Positions 17,384-27,698 of a DNA stretch of 45,078 nucleotides are shown piece after piece; the stretch's first letter is position 1; each line of letters begins with the position of its first letter. Source of the DNA: Clostridia bacterium (GTDB taxonomy: Bacteria > Bacillota > Clostridia > UMGS1883); assembly GCA_045615265.1 (NCBI GenBank), contig JAZLEL010000016.1:1-45078 (forward strand). Direction: 5' to 3'. The notes under the pieces are model-generated. The model saw nothing but the letters and a program-made list of their open reading frames with translations, had not been told where the DNA came from and did no database searches. The translations under genes were made by a program, and so were the position numbers.

Positions 17384-17412
17384 ATTCTAACACACAGATG
17401 GCTTAAAATCAA
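17384..17412 (-). promoter_or_regulatory. Candidate sigma-A promoter of the pqqD-like/ynbB-like operon
   Basis: On the minus strand: TTGATT, 17-nt spacer, TGtTAGAAT (extended -10). Confidence 0.5.
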
Positions 17413-17467
17413 TAAAAATATGCCATTAATAATTACTTTAAAGTAGTGAAAAAATGGTTAAAATCTC

Positions 17468-17496
17468 TTTACAATGAAGCATAAATGTGATAATAT
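17468..17496 (+). promoter_or_regulatory. Candidate sigma-A promoter of yybS-gdpP-rplI-dnaB
   Basis: TTTACA, 17-nt spacer, TGaTAATAT (extended -10). Confidence 0.5.
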
Positions 17497-17548
17497 ATTA
17501 TGGATAAATTGGGAAGTTATGCATTGATGCAAAGTAGGAGTTTATTAG

Positions 17549-18526
17549 ATGCGTAAAGAAAAGTTAAATTTTGGAGTTATAATAAGAGTAATAGTGTCAC
17601 TTATTCCGATTTTATTCGGTATGCCGACATTAGCAATAATATCGTGTTCGTACAATCTTGCAATGTCTTTTATCGTGTTTGGTCCGCTGACTGCTTTTGT
17701 TAGCTCATTGTTTTCAATATGTGTAGCTATGTTTTTTGGAGGCTCATATGGCGAAGCGGCAGAGCTTACGGGGTTTGTATGGGCAATTCAGTCAATACTT
17801 TGCGCTGGAGGATGTCTTTACGGCATTCTTTACAAAAAGAAGTTTTCAATGGGATTAAGCTATGCTACTTTGGGTATAATGCTGCCACAGTTTTTCTATA
17901 TTCAGCATAGTGCCCACTCGGATGGTATGACAATTGCAGAGGCGCTCATCCCCAGCGTAGAGAATGTAAAACTCTCATCTGCTCAGATTTTTGCACAACT
18001 TCAGCAAAGTGCAGATGCTTCAATAATTGAACAAATATCATCTGTTATACATGAAATTACAACTATGCTTATCCCATCAATACTTATAATCTCTTCCATG
18101 ATACCTGCGTATATAGTTTTGTGGGCGATTTTATTTCAGATGAGAAAACTCCCACAAGGGGTTAAACATTCTTTCTCCCATATTAAAGTATCAAGGATGA
18201 CATCAATCTTTACAGTGATATCTTTAGTTCTTTCTGTGGCAGGATTTGTGTTAGAGAATGAAATACTTATGGTAGCTGCCCTTAACACAATGCTTGTTCT
18301 TTTAACGATGTGTTTCTTTTCTGGCATATCCCTTGTGGATTTTTATGCACGCAGGTTTATACCCTTTACTTTTTTAAGAGTTATAATTTATGTTATATTG
18401 TCTTTAAATTTAACTGTGATTTTTATTCTGTTGGCACTAATTGATAGTTTTGCCGATTTCAGAAAACTTTCTAAAATTTATGAAAAGAGTGGTGAGCCAC
18501 ATGAAACAGAAGAAGGAAATGCTTGA
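17549..18526 (+). CDS. yybS: YybS-like polytopic membrane protein (DUF2232)
   Basis: A multi-TM protein placed directly upstream of gdpP-rplI-dnaB, the conserved Firmicute yybS-yybT-rplI-dnaC arrangement. Confidence 0.7.
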   Translation: MRKEKLNFGVIIRVIVSLIPILFGMPTLAIISCSYNLAMSFIVFGPLTAFVSSLFSICVAMFFGGSYGEAAELTGFVWAIQSILCAGGCLYGILYKKKFSMGLSYATLGIMLPQFFYIQHSAHSDGMTIAEALIPSVENVKLSSAQIFAQLQQSADASIIEQISSVIHEITTMLIPSILIISSMIPAYIVLWAILFQMRKLPQGVKHSFSHIKVSRMTSIFTVISLVLSVAGFVLENEILMVAALNTMLVLLTMCFFSGISLVDFYARRFIPFTFLRVIIYVILSLNLTVIFILLALIDSFADFRKLSKIYEKSGEPHETEEGNA

Positions 18527-20480
18527 TTCAATGCCACGTGCGGCAACTCCTTTTTTTGCAATAGCAATTATTGTTTGTGCGGTGTTCCTTGTGAAAATTA
18601 ATCTTCTAATTTCCATTTTGATTATCGCAGCATCTGTTTTTATACTTATGGAAAAAACAATATTTCATTTTACCAGAATCCGCAAAATGAAAGAATATAT
18701 CAGCGATGCCGCAAGTGATGAAAATGAACTCCAGAATAATGAGGCACTCTTTAAATCAATGAGTCCAATTGCAGGCGTTCGTGTTGACGGAACTGTCGCT
18801 TGGTATAATTCAGCTTTCAAGGAACTCTTTTCGAGCATTTCTGATAAAAAAATATCTGAGCTTATTCCCGAGATAAATATACGTCAGATATACGATGATG
18901 GCGGGAAAAATACAGTTGTCGTTAAAATAGGAGAAAGGATATACGATGTTCGTGCAACTGTCAAAAGGAGAATGTCTCCTGACCATGCTGCCATAATGCT
19001 CTATATGGAAGATGTTACAGAGGTAAATTTATTAAAAAATGAGCTTGAGGATATCCGCTGTGCAGTTGCTCACATTATGGTTGATAACTATGATGAGGTA
19101 ATTAACAGCATAACTGACGAGGAACGCATTGATATAATCAGTTTGATAGATAAAAACATAATTGGTTATATGCAGGATATTGGTGCCCTTGTAAAAAAAC
19201 TTGAAAAGGACAAGTATCTTTGCGTTTTCACTAAAAAGCAGCTTGACGGATTTATAAAAGAAAAATTTGAAATTCTCAGAAATGTAAAAGAATTCAATCC
19301 TGGCATGAAAAATCCTCCGACAGTAAGTATCGGTATAGGTATTGGGGAAGAAACACTTAATCAAAACAACATTTCCGCTAATAAAGCTTTGGAAATGGCT
19401 CTTGGCCGTGGCGGTGACCAGGTTGTTATTCGTGAAAATGATAAATTCAGATATTTTGGCGGTAATTCAAAGGAAACAGAAAAACGTACGAAGGTTAAGG
19501 CTCGCATTATGGCTCGCAATCTTCGTGAACTTATGCAAAACTCCGACAATGTCCTCATCATGGGACATCGCAACAGCGATGCAGATGCTATCGGTGCGGC
19601 TATCGGTGTCGCAAGTATGGCAATTCATATAGGAAAAGAGGCAAAGGTTCTTTTAATTACAAAGGACGATACGGTTCAGATGCTTCTTAAGAAGATTGAG
19701 AATAATCATTATCATGATGGTATGTTTATAGGAAAAGCTGGCCTGCGTGACTATATAACACCGAAAACGCTGCTCGTAATTTGTGATACGCATATTCCTG
19801 AATATACTGAAATGCCGGAGCTTATTGACAGTATAAAGACAAAGGTTGTTATTGATCACCACAGACGCAGCGAAAGCTTTATTGAAAATGCTGATATCAT
19901 TTACCATGAACCTTTTTCGTCATCAACGTGCGAAATGGTAACAGAAATTATGCAGTATTTCGGTAATAGATTTTCTGTTTCCACAGTAGATGCGGAAGCT
20001 CTTTATGCAGGTATTGCGGTTGATACAAAAAACTTTACTTTTAAAGCGGGTGTCAGAACTTTTGAAGCAGCTGCATATCTCAGAGCAGCAGGCGTTGATA
20101 CTCTTCACGTAAAGAAGCTTTTCCGTGAATCAATCGATAACTATAAGTTAAAGGCTTGCATTGTTACGGAAGCACAACTTTACAGCGATAATATAGCAAT
20201 TTCACTTTTTTCGGGTGTTGTTCCTCATATTGTTGTGGCAGAGGCAGCCGATGAAATGCTTGAAATTAACGATATTAAGGCATCTTTCGTTGTAGCACGT
20301 AGTGAAGATGGAACCGTAATTATAAGCGGCAGATCTTTAGGGGAAGTTAATGTGCAGGTAATACTTGAGAAGCTTGGCGGAGGCGGACATATGATGGCAT
20401 CTGGTGCACAACTATTAGGAACATCTGTTACCGATGCAGGCGAAATGCTTAAGAGCGTAATTGATGAGTTAAATATCTAA
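18501..20480 (+). CDS. gdpP: Cyclic-di-AMP phosphodiesterase GdpP (DHH/DHHA1 family)
   Basis: Two N-terminal TM helices, PAS-like and degenerate GGDEF regions, DHH (VIDHHRR), HRNSDADAIG, and DHHA1 GGGGH. The start is uncertain (in-frame ATGs at 18480, 18501, 18519, 18531). It overlaps the yybS 3' end. Confidence 0.9.
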   Translation: MKQKKEMLDSMPRAATPFFAIAIIVCAVFLVKINLLISILIIAASVFILMEKTIFHFTRIRKMKEYISDAASDENELQNNEALFKSMSPIAGVRVDGTVAWYNSAFKELFSSISDKKISELIPEINIRQIYDDGGKNTVVVKIGERIYDVRATVKRRMSPDHAAIMLYMEDVTEVNLLKNELEDIRCAVAHIMVDNYDEVINSITDEERIDIISLIDKNIIGYMQDIGALVKKLEKDKYLCVFTKKQLDGFIKEKFEILRNVKEFNPGMKNPPTVSIGIGIGEETLNQNNISANKALEMALGRGGDQVVIRENDKFRYFGGNSKETEKRTKVKARIMARNLRELMQNSDNVLIMGHRNSDADAIGAAIGVASMAIHIGKEAKVLLITKDDTVQMLLKKIENNHYHDGMFIGKAGLRDYITPKTLLVICDTHIPEYTEMPELIDSIKTKVVIDHHRRSESFIENADIIYHEPFSSSTCEMVTEIMQYFGNRFSVSTVDAEALYAGIAVDTKNFTFKAGVRTFEAAAYLRAAGVDTLHVKKLFRESIDNYKLKACIVTEAQLYSDNIAISLFSGVVPHIVVAEAADEMLEINDIKASFVVARSEDGTVIISGRSLGEVNVQVILEKLGGGGHMMASGAQLLGTSVTDAGEMLKSVIDELNI

Positions 20481-20497
20481 GAAAGGATGTAATATAA

Positions 20498-20947
20498 ATG
20501 AAAGTTGTACTTTTAACTGATGTAAAAGGACACGGCAAAAAAGGTGATGTTATTGAGGCAAGCGACGGATATGCAAGAAATTTCCTTTTGCCTAAAAAAA
20601 TGGCTGAAATTGCAAGTGCCGATGTTCTTAATAATATAAAAGGGAAGAACGAGGCTGCAGCATATCATAAAGAACAGGAAATTTTAGCTGCAAAGGAACT
20701 TGCAAAAAGTCTTGAGGGAGCTAAAATTGTTCTGGAAGGAAAAGCCGGAGATAACGGAAAGCTTTTCGGGAAGATTACAAATCAGAATGTTGCGGATGCA
20801 ATCAAATATCAGCTTCATCACGTTGTTGATAAACGCAAGGTGGTTTTACCCGATGGAATTAAAACAATAGGAGAGACAACGGTAGAGATAAAGGTATACC
20901 CCGAAATTTCAGCTAAAATTACTGTGGTTGTAAACCCTGTAAAGTAA
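20498..20947 (+). CDS. rplI: 50S ribosomal protein L9
   Basis: MKVVLLTDVKGHGKKGDVIEASDGYARNFLLPKKMA is the canonical L9 N-terminus. Confidence 0.95.
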   Translation: MKVVLLTDVKGHGKKGDVIEASDGYARNFLLPKKMAEIASADVLNNIKGKNEAAAYHKEQEILAAKELAKSLEGAKIVLEGKAGDNGKLFGKITNQNVADAIKYQLHHVVDKRKVVLPDGIKTIGETTVEIKVYPEISAKITVVVNPVK

Positions 20948-20982
20948 CACCCGAAAAATTATTAAGAAATACGGTGATGTAA

Positions 20983-22311
20983 ATGGATATGCCAATTGGC
21001 AGAACCATGCCATATAATCTTGAAGCAGAGGCAGCAATTTTAGGAAATATAATACTGGATGAAAAAGCCCTTGTAAGTGCTATGGATAAGCTTGACGAGG
21101 ATTGTTTTTATGCAACTGCCAATAAAACAATTTTTAACGCAATATCAAAGCTTTTTGAAGAAGGCGTACCTGTCGATGTGGTAACACTTTCTGAAAAGCT
21201 GGGAGACAAGCTTGATAGCGTTGGAGGTATTGCATATATTACCAAGATTGCGCAGAATGTTTTCACAAAAGAAAATTTAAATCAGTATATTGAAATTGCC
21301 AGAGATAAAAAGACTCTCCGCAGACTTATAGAATCTGCAAATGAAATCATGGATATGGGAATGAAGGACGTGCTTCCGGCAAGTGATATCATAGATAAGA
21401 GTGAGCAACTCATTTTCAGAATATCAGAGCAGAACGGAACAAAAAGCTTCTCACATATCGGTGAAGTAGTTAAGACAACACTGGCAATATTAGACGAACG
21501 CAAGAAACGTGGAGGGAAAATAACAGGTATCAGGACAGGGTTTACAGGTCTTGATGCAGCAACTGCCGGATTGCAGAACAGCAATCTTATAATTCTGGCT
21601 GCACGACCCGGTGTCGGAAAGACGAGCTTTGCCCTTAATATAGCACAAAATGCTGCTATAAGGGAAAAGGTACCTGTGGCTATATTTTCACTGGAAATGA
21701 GTAAGGATGAGCTTGTAAACAGGGTTCTTTCCAGCGAATCTCTTGTAGAATCATCAAAGCTGCGTGTAGGCGATATTGATGCTGCTGATATGACAAAGAT
21801 AGCTCATTCTCTTAAGGATATCATTACTGCACCTGTATATATTGATGATACCCCCGGTATCACAGTTGCGGAAATAAGAGCAAAATGCCGCAGACTTAAA
21901 ATGGAGAAAGGCCTGGGCCTTGTCGTAATTGACTATCTCCAGCTTATGCAGAGCAGTAAATCAAGAGGCGAAAGTCGTGCACAGGAAGTAAGTGAAATGT
22001 CACGTTCTCTTAAAATTATGGCAAAAGAACTTGATGTTCCTGTTATAACATTGTCGCAGCTTAACCGTTCATCGGAAAAGCTTTCAAGAAGACCTATGCT
22101 TAGCGACCTTCGTGAAAGTGGTTCGATTGAGCAGGATGCTGATATTGTTATAATGCTCAGCAGACCTCTTGCAGGTGAGGATGCGGAAGAATCGGCAGGA
22201 AACATTGTTGAATGTATTCTCGCAAAAAACCGTGCAGGTGAATGTTGCACAATCAATCTTGCTTGGCGTGGTGAATATACTAAGTTTATGAATCTGGACA
22301 CCAGGAGCTGA
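20983..22311 (+). CDS. dnaB: Replicative DNA helicase
   Basis: PYNLEAEAAILG, Walker A ARPGVGKTSF, VIDYLQLM and SQLNRSSE. At 442 aa there is no room for an intein. Confidence 0.95.
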   Translation: MDMPIGRTMPYNLEAEAAILGNIILDEKALVSAMDKLDEDCFYATANKTIFNAISKLFEEGVPVDVVTLSEKLGDKLDSVGGIAYITKIAQNVFTKENLNQYIEIARDKKTLRRLIESANEIMDMGMKDVLPASDIIDKSEQLIFRISEQNGTKSFSHIGEVVKTTLAILDERKKRGGKITGIRTGFTGLDAATAGLQNSNLIILAARPGVGKTSFALNIAQNAAIREKVPVAIFSLEMSKDELVNRVLSSESLVESSKLRVGDIDAADMTKIAHSLKDIITAPVYIDDTPGITVAEIRAKCRRLKMEKGLGLVVIDYLQLMQSSKSRGESRAQEVSEMSRSLKIMAKELDVPVITLSQLNRSSEKLSRRPMLSDLRESGSIEQDADIVIMLSRPLAGEDAEESAGNIVECILAKNRAGECCTINLAWRGEYTKFMNLDTRS

Positions 22312-22317
22312 TAAAAA

Positions 22318-23673
22318 ATGCTGCTTGATACGGTCAGAAAAACAATTGAAGAAAATGCTCTTATTAAAAAAGGAGACACTGTTTTATGTGCTGTATCCGG
22401 CGGTGCAGATTCGATTTGCCTGTTGTATGTTATGCAGGCGCTTAAAGACGAATATGATTTAACAGTTTATGTTGCAAACATCAACCACCTTATACGTGGA
22501 GAAGAATCAGACCGTGACAGCAATTTCGTAAAAAGTGTTTGTAAGGCGGCAGATGTCAAGTGCTTTTACAGAGAGTACGATGTTAAAAGCATTTCAAAAG
22601 AAAGAAAGCTAAGTGAAGAAGAGTGCGGACGTATTCTAAGATATGAATTTTTCAGCGAGATTTCAGACTCTCTTGGCGGTGCAAAAATTGCTACGGCACA
22701 CAATCTTAATGATAATGCCGAAACAGTGATTTTCAGACTCATACGCGGAAGTAGTGCACAAGGCATTTCGGGAATCAAGTACCGCCGTGAAAATATTATC
22801 CGCCCGCTTCTCGATGTGAGCCGAGATGAAATAGAAAAGTTTCTTGTCTTAAACGGCATAACCTGGTGCGAGGACAGTACAAATAAGCTCCCTCTTTATG
22901 CAAGGAATAAGATAAGACTCTCGGTACTTCCAAAGCTAAGAGAGGTTTCGGGCGGTGCGGAAAGACACATCGTATCGGCTGCGAAACTTATTTCGGAAGA
23001 CAATATGTATTTATCCAGCATTGCTGAAAATGCGGAAAGGGAATGTTTCTTTGATGGCTACCTTCTTGTGGACAAGCTTTTAGAAAATCCTGTTCCTATT
23101 AAAAGGCGGATAGCATCTAGTGTTCTTCAAAAGTGGAATGCAAGGGAAGTAACAGGTGAAAAAATAGATAAATTTCTTGATTTCCTTACTAAAGAAAGCG
23201 GGAAACAATTTGATATAAATTCTGTATATTACGCAGAAAAATCTTATCAGAAGGTTTATTTAAGAAAAAGAATAAGTGAGGAAAATCCCGAACTTATTCT
23301 AACCATCGGAGAGAGTTGTGAAGACAAGAATTGGAGATTAACGGCAAATATTGAGTCTTACCCTATAAAAAGAAAGAGCAATAATGTTGCTGTTTTCGAT
23401 GCAGATAAGCTTAAACTCCCTCTCAAGATAAGATATAAGCGTGACGGCGACAAAATGATTCTGAAAGGTATGAAGGGAACGAAAAAGCTTAGCGATATTT
23501 TTTCAGATGAAAAGGTTGAAAGGCTTCTGCGAAGTGATATTCCGATTGTTGAAAAAGATGGAAACATCCTGTTTCTATGCGGATTAAGACAGTCCTCGCT
23601 ATATAATGCAGATACCGATACAAAAAAATATCTTGTAATTCAATACGAAAATAATACAAAAGATAATGTTTAA
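22318..23673 (+). CDS. tilS: tRNA(Ile)-lysidine synthetase
   Basis: PP-loop SGGADS, ATAHNLNDNAETV, and the position upstream of hpt-ftsH. Confidence 0.9.
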   Translation: MLLDTVRKTIEENALIKKGDTVLCAVSGGADSICLLYVMQALKDEYDLTVYVANINHLIRGEESDRDSNFVKSVCKAADVKCFYREYDVKSISKERKLSEEECGRILRYEFFSEISDSLGGAKIATAHNLNDNAETVIFRLIRGSSAQGISGIKYRRENIIRPLLDVSRDEIEKFLVLNGITWCEDSTNKLPLYARNKIRLSVLPKLREVSGGAERHIVSAAKLISEDNMYLSSIAENAERECFFDGYLLVDKLLENPVPIKRRIASSVLQKWNAREVTGEKIDKFLDFLTKESGKQFDINSVYYAEKSYQKVYLRKRISEENPELILTIGESCEDKNWRLTANIESYPIKRKSNNVAVFDADKLKLPLKIRYKRDGDKMILKGMKGTKKLSDIFSDEKVERLLRSDIPIVEKDGNILFLCGLRQSSLYNADTDTKKYLVIQYENNTKDNV

Positions 23674-23691
23674 TGAAAGGAAATTCAAACT

Positions 23692-24237
23692 ATGGCTAAT
23701 ATCAACGATCCTATTGAAAAAGTCCTTATAAAAGAAGAGGAGATAACTAAGCGTATTTCAGAGATGGCACAGGCAATTGATAATGATTACAAAGATAAAG
23801 AACCGCTGATGTTATCAGTGCTTAGCGGTAGCTTTATGTTTGCATCTGATTTAATGCGTGCCGTATCTATTCCCGTAGGAATATCTTTTATATTTGCTTC
23901 AAGCTATGGCTCAAGCACAGAATCCTGCGGAAATGTTGAAATTCATACAGGAAAGGGTTTTGATCCTGTTGGAAAGGATATAATAATAGTTGAGGATATT
24001 ATTGATTCCGGACGTACACTAAAGAAAATAAAAACATATTTATTGGAGCAAGGTGCAAAGAGTGTCGAATTATGTACATTTCTTAATAAATCCTCACGCA
24101 GAGTAGTAGATATAGATGTTAAGTACGTAGGATTTGAAGTTCCCGATGAATTTGTGGTTGGATATGGTCTTGATTTTGATTATAAGTACAGACAGTATCC
24201 GTTTGTTGGGGTGCTAAAGAAAGAATATTATGAATAA
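23692..24237 (+). CDS. hpt: Hypoxanthine phosphoribosyltransferase
   Basis: PRPP motif IIIVEDIIDSGRTL, and VVGYGLDFDYKYRQYPF. Confidence 0.95.
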   Translation: MANINDPIEKVLIKEEEITKRISEMAQAIDNDYKDKEPLMLSVLSGSFMFASDLMRAVSIPVGISFIFASSYGSSTESCGNVEIHTGKGFDPVGKDIIIVEDIIDSGRTLKKIKTYLLEQGAKSVELCTFLNKSSRRVVDIDVKYVGFEVPDEFVVGYGLDFDYKYRQYPFVGVLKKEYYE

Positions 24238-24250
24238 GATGTGAAGTGAA

Positions 24251-24279
24251 TTGACTTTTGAGGCTTGTGACGTTAAAAT
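24251..24279 (+). promoter_or_regulatory. Candidate internal sigma-A promoter for ftsH
   Basis: TTGACT, 17-nt spacer, TAAAAT. Confidence 0.4.
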
Positions 24280-24302
24280 AAATGACTTGAGGGGGTATCG
24301 CT

Positions 24303-26147
24303 ATGAAGAAATCACTTAAAAGCATCAGCTTTTATATAATTTTACCAATCATAATAATATTACTTATGATGCTTTCGCTTAAAGAGCCGGAAGCAGGAAA
24401 TAAATCATTCTCCGAATTAGTAACTGCAATTCAGGACAAACAGGTAACTGCAATTGAGATAGGAGATACAACTACCATTGCTGAAATTGACGGAAAAAAG
24501 TATACTGTTGAGGTTAATCAGCTTGTGCTACTCAGTGTTGTTGGTGATGAAATCCAACAGCAAATTAAAGACGGAAACCTCAACTCCACCGTTCCTGCAC
24601 CTGAAACAGTTTCCTGGTGGGTATCACTTCTTCCAACTCTTCTTATGATTTTGGTAATCGGTTTTTTCACCTTTTCATTTATGAAGTCACAAACCGGTGG
24701 TCACGGTATTGGAAACTTTGGAAAATCGAAAGCAAAATCAGCTTCCGACAGCAATGTAACCTTTGAACAGGTTGCCGGCGCTGATGAAGAGAAAAAGGAA
24801 CTTGAAGAAGTAGTAGAATTTCTAAAGGATCCCAAAAAATTTATTGAGCTTGGTGCACGTATTCCCAAGGGAGTACTTCTTGTAGGACCTCCAGGTACAG
24901 GTAAAACACTTTTGGCTAAGGCTGTTGCCGGGGAAGCGGGAGTACCTTTCTTCTCAATTTCAGGTTCAGATTTCGTTGAAATGTTTGTAGGTGTCGGTGC
25001 CAGCAGAGTAAGAGACCTTTTTGAACAGGCACGTAAAAACCTTCCCGCGATTATTTTCATAGATGAAATTGATGCTGTCGGAAGACAGCGTGGTGCTGGC
25101 TTAGGCGGCGGTCATGATGAGCGTGAACAAACACTTAATCAGCTCCTTGTTGAAATGGACGGCTTTGGTACTAATCAGGGTATTATTATCATCGCAGCTA
25201 CAAACCGCCCGGACATTTTAGACCCTGCACTCCTTCGTCCTGGCAGATTTGACCGTCAGGTTGTTGTAAATTATCCTGATCAAAAGGGCAGAGAGGCTAT
25301 TTTAAAGGTGCATTCTAAAAATAAACCTATATCTGATGGGGTTTCGCTTGAAACAGTTGCAAAATCCACATATGGATTCACAGGTGCCGATCTTGAAAAT
25401 CTTCTAAACGAGGCTGCAATACTTTGTGCAAGAAGAGATAAAAAGGTCATCGAACAGGATGAAATAGACGAGGCAATTCTTAAGGTTATTATGGGACCGG
25501 AGAAGAAAAACCGCAAACACGAAAAGGAAAATAAAGAAAAGACCGCATATCATGAAGCAGGTCATGCAGTTGCTGCAAAACTTCTTCCTACACAGGATAA
25601 TGTTCATCAGGTTTCAATTATTCCTAGAGGAAGGGCAGGGGGATTTACACTTAGCCTTCCTGAAACAGATAAGAGCTATATTTCTAAAAACGAAATGCTT
25701 GAAGACATCATTATGATGCTTGCAGGACGTGCAGCTGAAAAAATTGTGTTTAATGATATTAATACAGGTGCATCAAACGACCTTGAAAGAGCAACACAAA
25801 CTGCAAGAAAAATGGTTATGCAGTATGGTATGAGTGATAAACTGGGATTTGTTACTTTTACGGCTGAGGACCACGAGGTATTCCTTGGAAGAGATTTTTC
25901 TCAGGGAAGAAATTACAGCGAAAGTGTAGCCGCAGTTATTGATGAGGAAATTAAACGAATTATAGATGAATGCTATAATAATTGTGAAAAGCTTCTCATT
26001 GATAATCGTGAAAAGCTTGATAATGTTGCAAAAGCACTTATCGAGCATGAAAAGCTTGATGCCGCTGAATTTGAAGAGGTTTTTGAAAAAGGAAGTCTTG
26101 AAATAAAAGAGACTGAAAATAAAGAAACCACAGATAGTGAAAATTAA
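24303..26147 (+). CDS. ftsH: ATP-dependent zinc metalloprotease FtsH
   Basis: Two TM helices, AAA+ Walker A GPPGTGKT, Walker [32 protein letters not shown], and the zinc site HEAGHA. Confidence 0.97.
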   Translation: MKKSLKSISFYIILPIIIILLMMLSLKEPEAGNKSFSELVTAIQDKQVTAIEIGDTTTIAEIDGKKYTVEVNQLVLLSVVGDEIQQQIKDGNLNSTVPAPETVSWWVSLLPTLLMILVIGFFTFSFMKSQTGGHGIGNFGKSKAKSASDSNVTFEQVAGADEEKKELEEVVEFLKDPKKFIELGARIPKGVLLVGPPGTGKTLLAKAVAGEAGVPFFSISGSDFVEMFVGVGASRVRDLFEQARKNLPAIIFIDEIDAVGRQRGAGLGGGHDEREQTLNQLLVEMDGFGTNQGIIIIAATNRPDILDPALLRPGRFDRQVVVNYPDQKGREAILKVHSKNKPISDGVSLETVAKSTYGFTGADLENLLNEAAILCARRDKKVIEQDEIDEAILKVIMGPEKKNRKHEKENKEKTAYHEAGHAVAAKLLPTQDNVHQVSIIPRGRAGGFTLSLPETDKSYISKNEMLEDIIMMLAGRAAEKIVFNDINTGASNDLERATQTARKMVMQYGMSDKLGFVTFTAEDHEVFLGRDFSQGRNYSESVAAVIDEEIKRIIDECYNNCEKLLIDNREKLDNVAKALIEHEKLDAAEFEEVFEKGSLEIKETENKETTDSEN

Positions 26148-26152
26148 ACAAT

Positions 26153-26186
26153 AAAAAACTCTGCTGATTTTTCAGCAGAGTTTTTT
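26153..26186. terminator. Bidirectional terminator between ftsH and hlyIII
   Basis: aaaaaa-ctctgctga-tttt-tcagcagag-tttttt. Confidence 0.85.
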
Positions 26187-26187
26187 A

Positions 26188-26859
26188 TTATAATGTGTAA
26201 AACAATATACAGAAGAAATGCATAAGGCTTGCCAAGTCCACGAATATGTGGAATAGCGAATGAATGTAACGCTTCTTTTTACCCACTCCGTACAGGATTG
26301 CACCAACTGTATAAAGAACACCGCCTAGTGCAAGAAATACTGTTCCTGCAGGTCCAATTGCTGCATAGGTTATATTCCAAAAGCCTACTACACACCAACC
26401 TAATCCAAGGTAGCATATCATTGAAAAGACTTTAAATTTATTGTGGTCAATTGCGGTAAATACCATTGCGATGGCAGTTACACCCCAAACCACGCCAAAT
26501 AGTATCCATGACTGTGCAGGGGCGATAGGCCTCATTGCAGAGAGTGTAATGGGGGTATATGTGCCTGCAATCATGATGTAAATTGTACAATGGTCAATAA
26601 CCTGGAACACTTTTTTAGCAGTCCCCGTTCTTAGTCCATGGTAAATGCTTGACATTGTAAAAAGGACAATTACAGATGCTCCGTAAATTGAAGCTCCAAC
26701 AAGACCATACACATTATCGTGAATTGCTGCAGTTATTACACACAATACAAGGTAAACAATTCCAAGTGCGCCGCCTACGATGTGAGTTACCATATTAAAA
26801 ATTTCCTCGCCCTTTGTGTAGTCGGGGAGAATTCTGTCTTTAAGGGCAGTTCGTTTCAT
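26188..26859 (-). CDS. Hemolysin III / PAQR family membrane protein
   Basis: Seven TM segments with the family pattern: N-terminal EEIFNMVTH, SSIYHG, HCTIY and a C-terminal HxxxH-like HIFVDLASLMH. Confidence 0.85.
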   Translation of the reverse strand: MKRTALKDRILPDYTKGEEIFNMVTHIVGGALGIVYLVLCVITAAIHDNVYGLVGASIYGASVIVLFTMSSIYHGLRTGTAKKVFQVIDHCTIYIMIAGTYTPITLSAMRPIAPAQSWILFGVVWGVTAIAMVFTAIDHNKFKVFSMICYLGLGWCVVGFWNITYAAIGPAGTVFLALGGVLYTVGAILYGVGKKKRYIHSLFHIFVDLASLMHFFCILFYTL

Positions 26860-26865
26860 ATAAGT

Positions 26866-27624
26866 TTAAATCTCCTTTATAATGTTATCCATATTATAAA
26901 AACCGGGAGCCTTTCCGAAGAGGAAAGCAGCCGCTTTTACAGCACCCACTGCAAAAATTTCCTTACTTGATGCAGTGTGCTTAAGTTCAATTACCTCATC
27001 AGTTCCTGCGAAAATCACAGAATGCTCACCAACGATAGTACCGCCTCTGACCGCATGGATACCGATTTCATTTTTGCTGCGTTTTTTGCGGGTACTGTGA
27101 CGGTCATATACATATTCGTTTGATTTATTGCAGGTTTCGTTAATTGCATCTGCGATAGCAAGTGCCGTTCCGCTGGGAGCATCAATCTTTTGATTGTGAT
27201 GCTTTTCAATAATTTCGATATCAAAATTTCCTTCTAAAAGTGCAGTAGCTTTTTTCGCAAGTTCAATTAAAAGATTTACGCCAAGGGACATATTTGCACT
27301 GAAAAACACAGGTGTTCTCTCAGAAGCCTTGCGTACCATCTCCATCTGTTCTGCTGAAAGTCCTGTGGTTGCAAGGACAAGACCTTTTTTGTTAGTTGTA
27401 GCGTATTCAAGCGTTTTTTCAAGAGAAGACGGGTGGGAAAAGTCAATAATCACATCACATTCCTCTTTAGCCTCATTAAGGGAGGCATAAACAGGAAATC
27501 CATTCTTTTCCTCTGTGTTTATATCAACACCAAACACAATTTTTTGAGATTCATTTCCGTCAAGTATACGGCATATAACCTGTCCCATTTTTCCGTTAAC
27601 GCCGACCAGAGCTATGTTTATCAT
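26866..27624 (-). CDS. dapB: 4-hydroxy-tetrahydrodipicolinate reductase
   Basis: ALVGVNGKMG (NAD(P) fold), EIIEKHHNQKIDAPSGTA and RGGTIVGEH. I moved the start to the ATG at 27624, 8 nt after GAGG. The GTG at 27633 overlaps that SD. Confidence 0.95.
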   Translation of the reverse strand: MINIALVGVNGKMGQVICRILDGNESQKIVFGVDINTEEKNGFPVYASLNEAKEECDVIIDFSHPSSLEKTLEYATTNKKGLVLATTGLSAEQMEMVRKASERTPVFFSANMSLGVNLLIELAKKATALLEGNFDIEIIEKHHNQKIDAPSGTALAIADAINETCNKSNEYVYDRHSTRKKRSKNEIGIHAVRGGTIVGEHSVIFAGTDEVIELKHTASSKEIFAVGAVKAAAFLFGKAPGFYNMDNIIKEI

Positions 27625-27647
27625 AAGATTCACCTCAGAAATTTAAT

Positions 27648-27679
27648 AATCGTGCCGTAGTATAATCTACGGCACGATT
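27648..27679 (-). promoter_or_regulatory. Intra-operon hairpin between dapA and dapB
   Basis: aatcgtgccgtag-tataat-ctacggcacgatt forms a perfect 13-bp stem. On the coding (minus) strand it is followed by attattaaattt, which is only a weak U-tract. Confidence 0.45.
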
Positions 27680-27698
27680 TAATGTTTTATAACCAAAA

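Noticed and set aside
17394-17548. A search for a RiPP precursor-peptide ORF next to the PqqD-like gene.
   Set aside because: Only 5- to 17-codon ORFs are present on either strand. None has an SD, and several coincide with the -35/-10 boxes of the divergent promoters. No candidate is worth calling.
20983-22311. A check for an intein or insertion in DnaB, and for frameshifts or pseudogenes among the housekeeping genes.
   Set aside because: DnaB is 442 aa with contiguous motifs. All the housekeeping ORFs are of normal length and uninterrupted.
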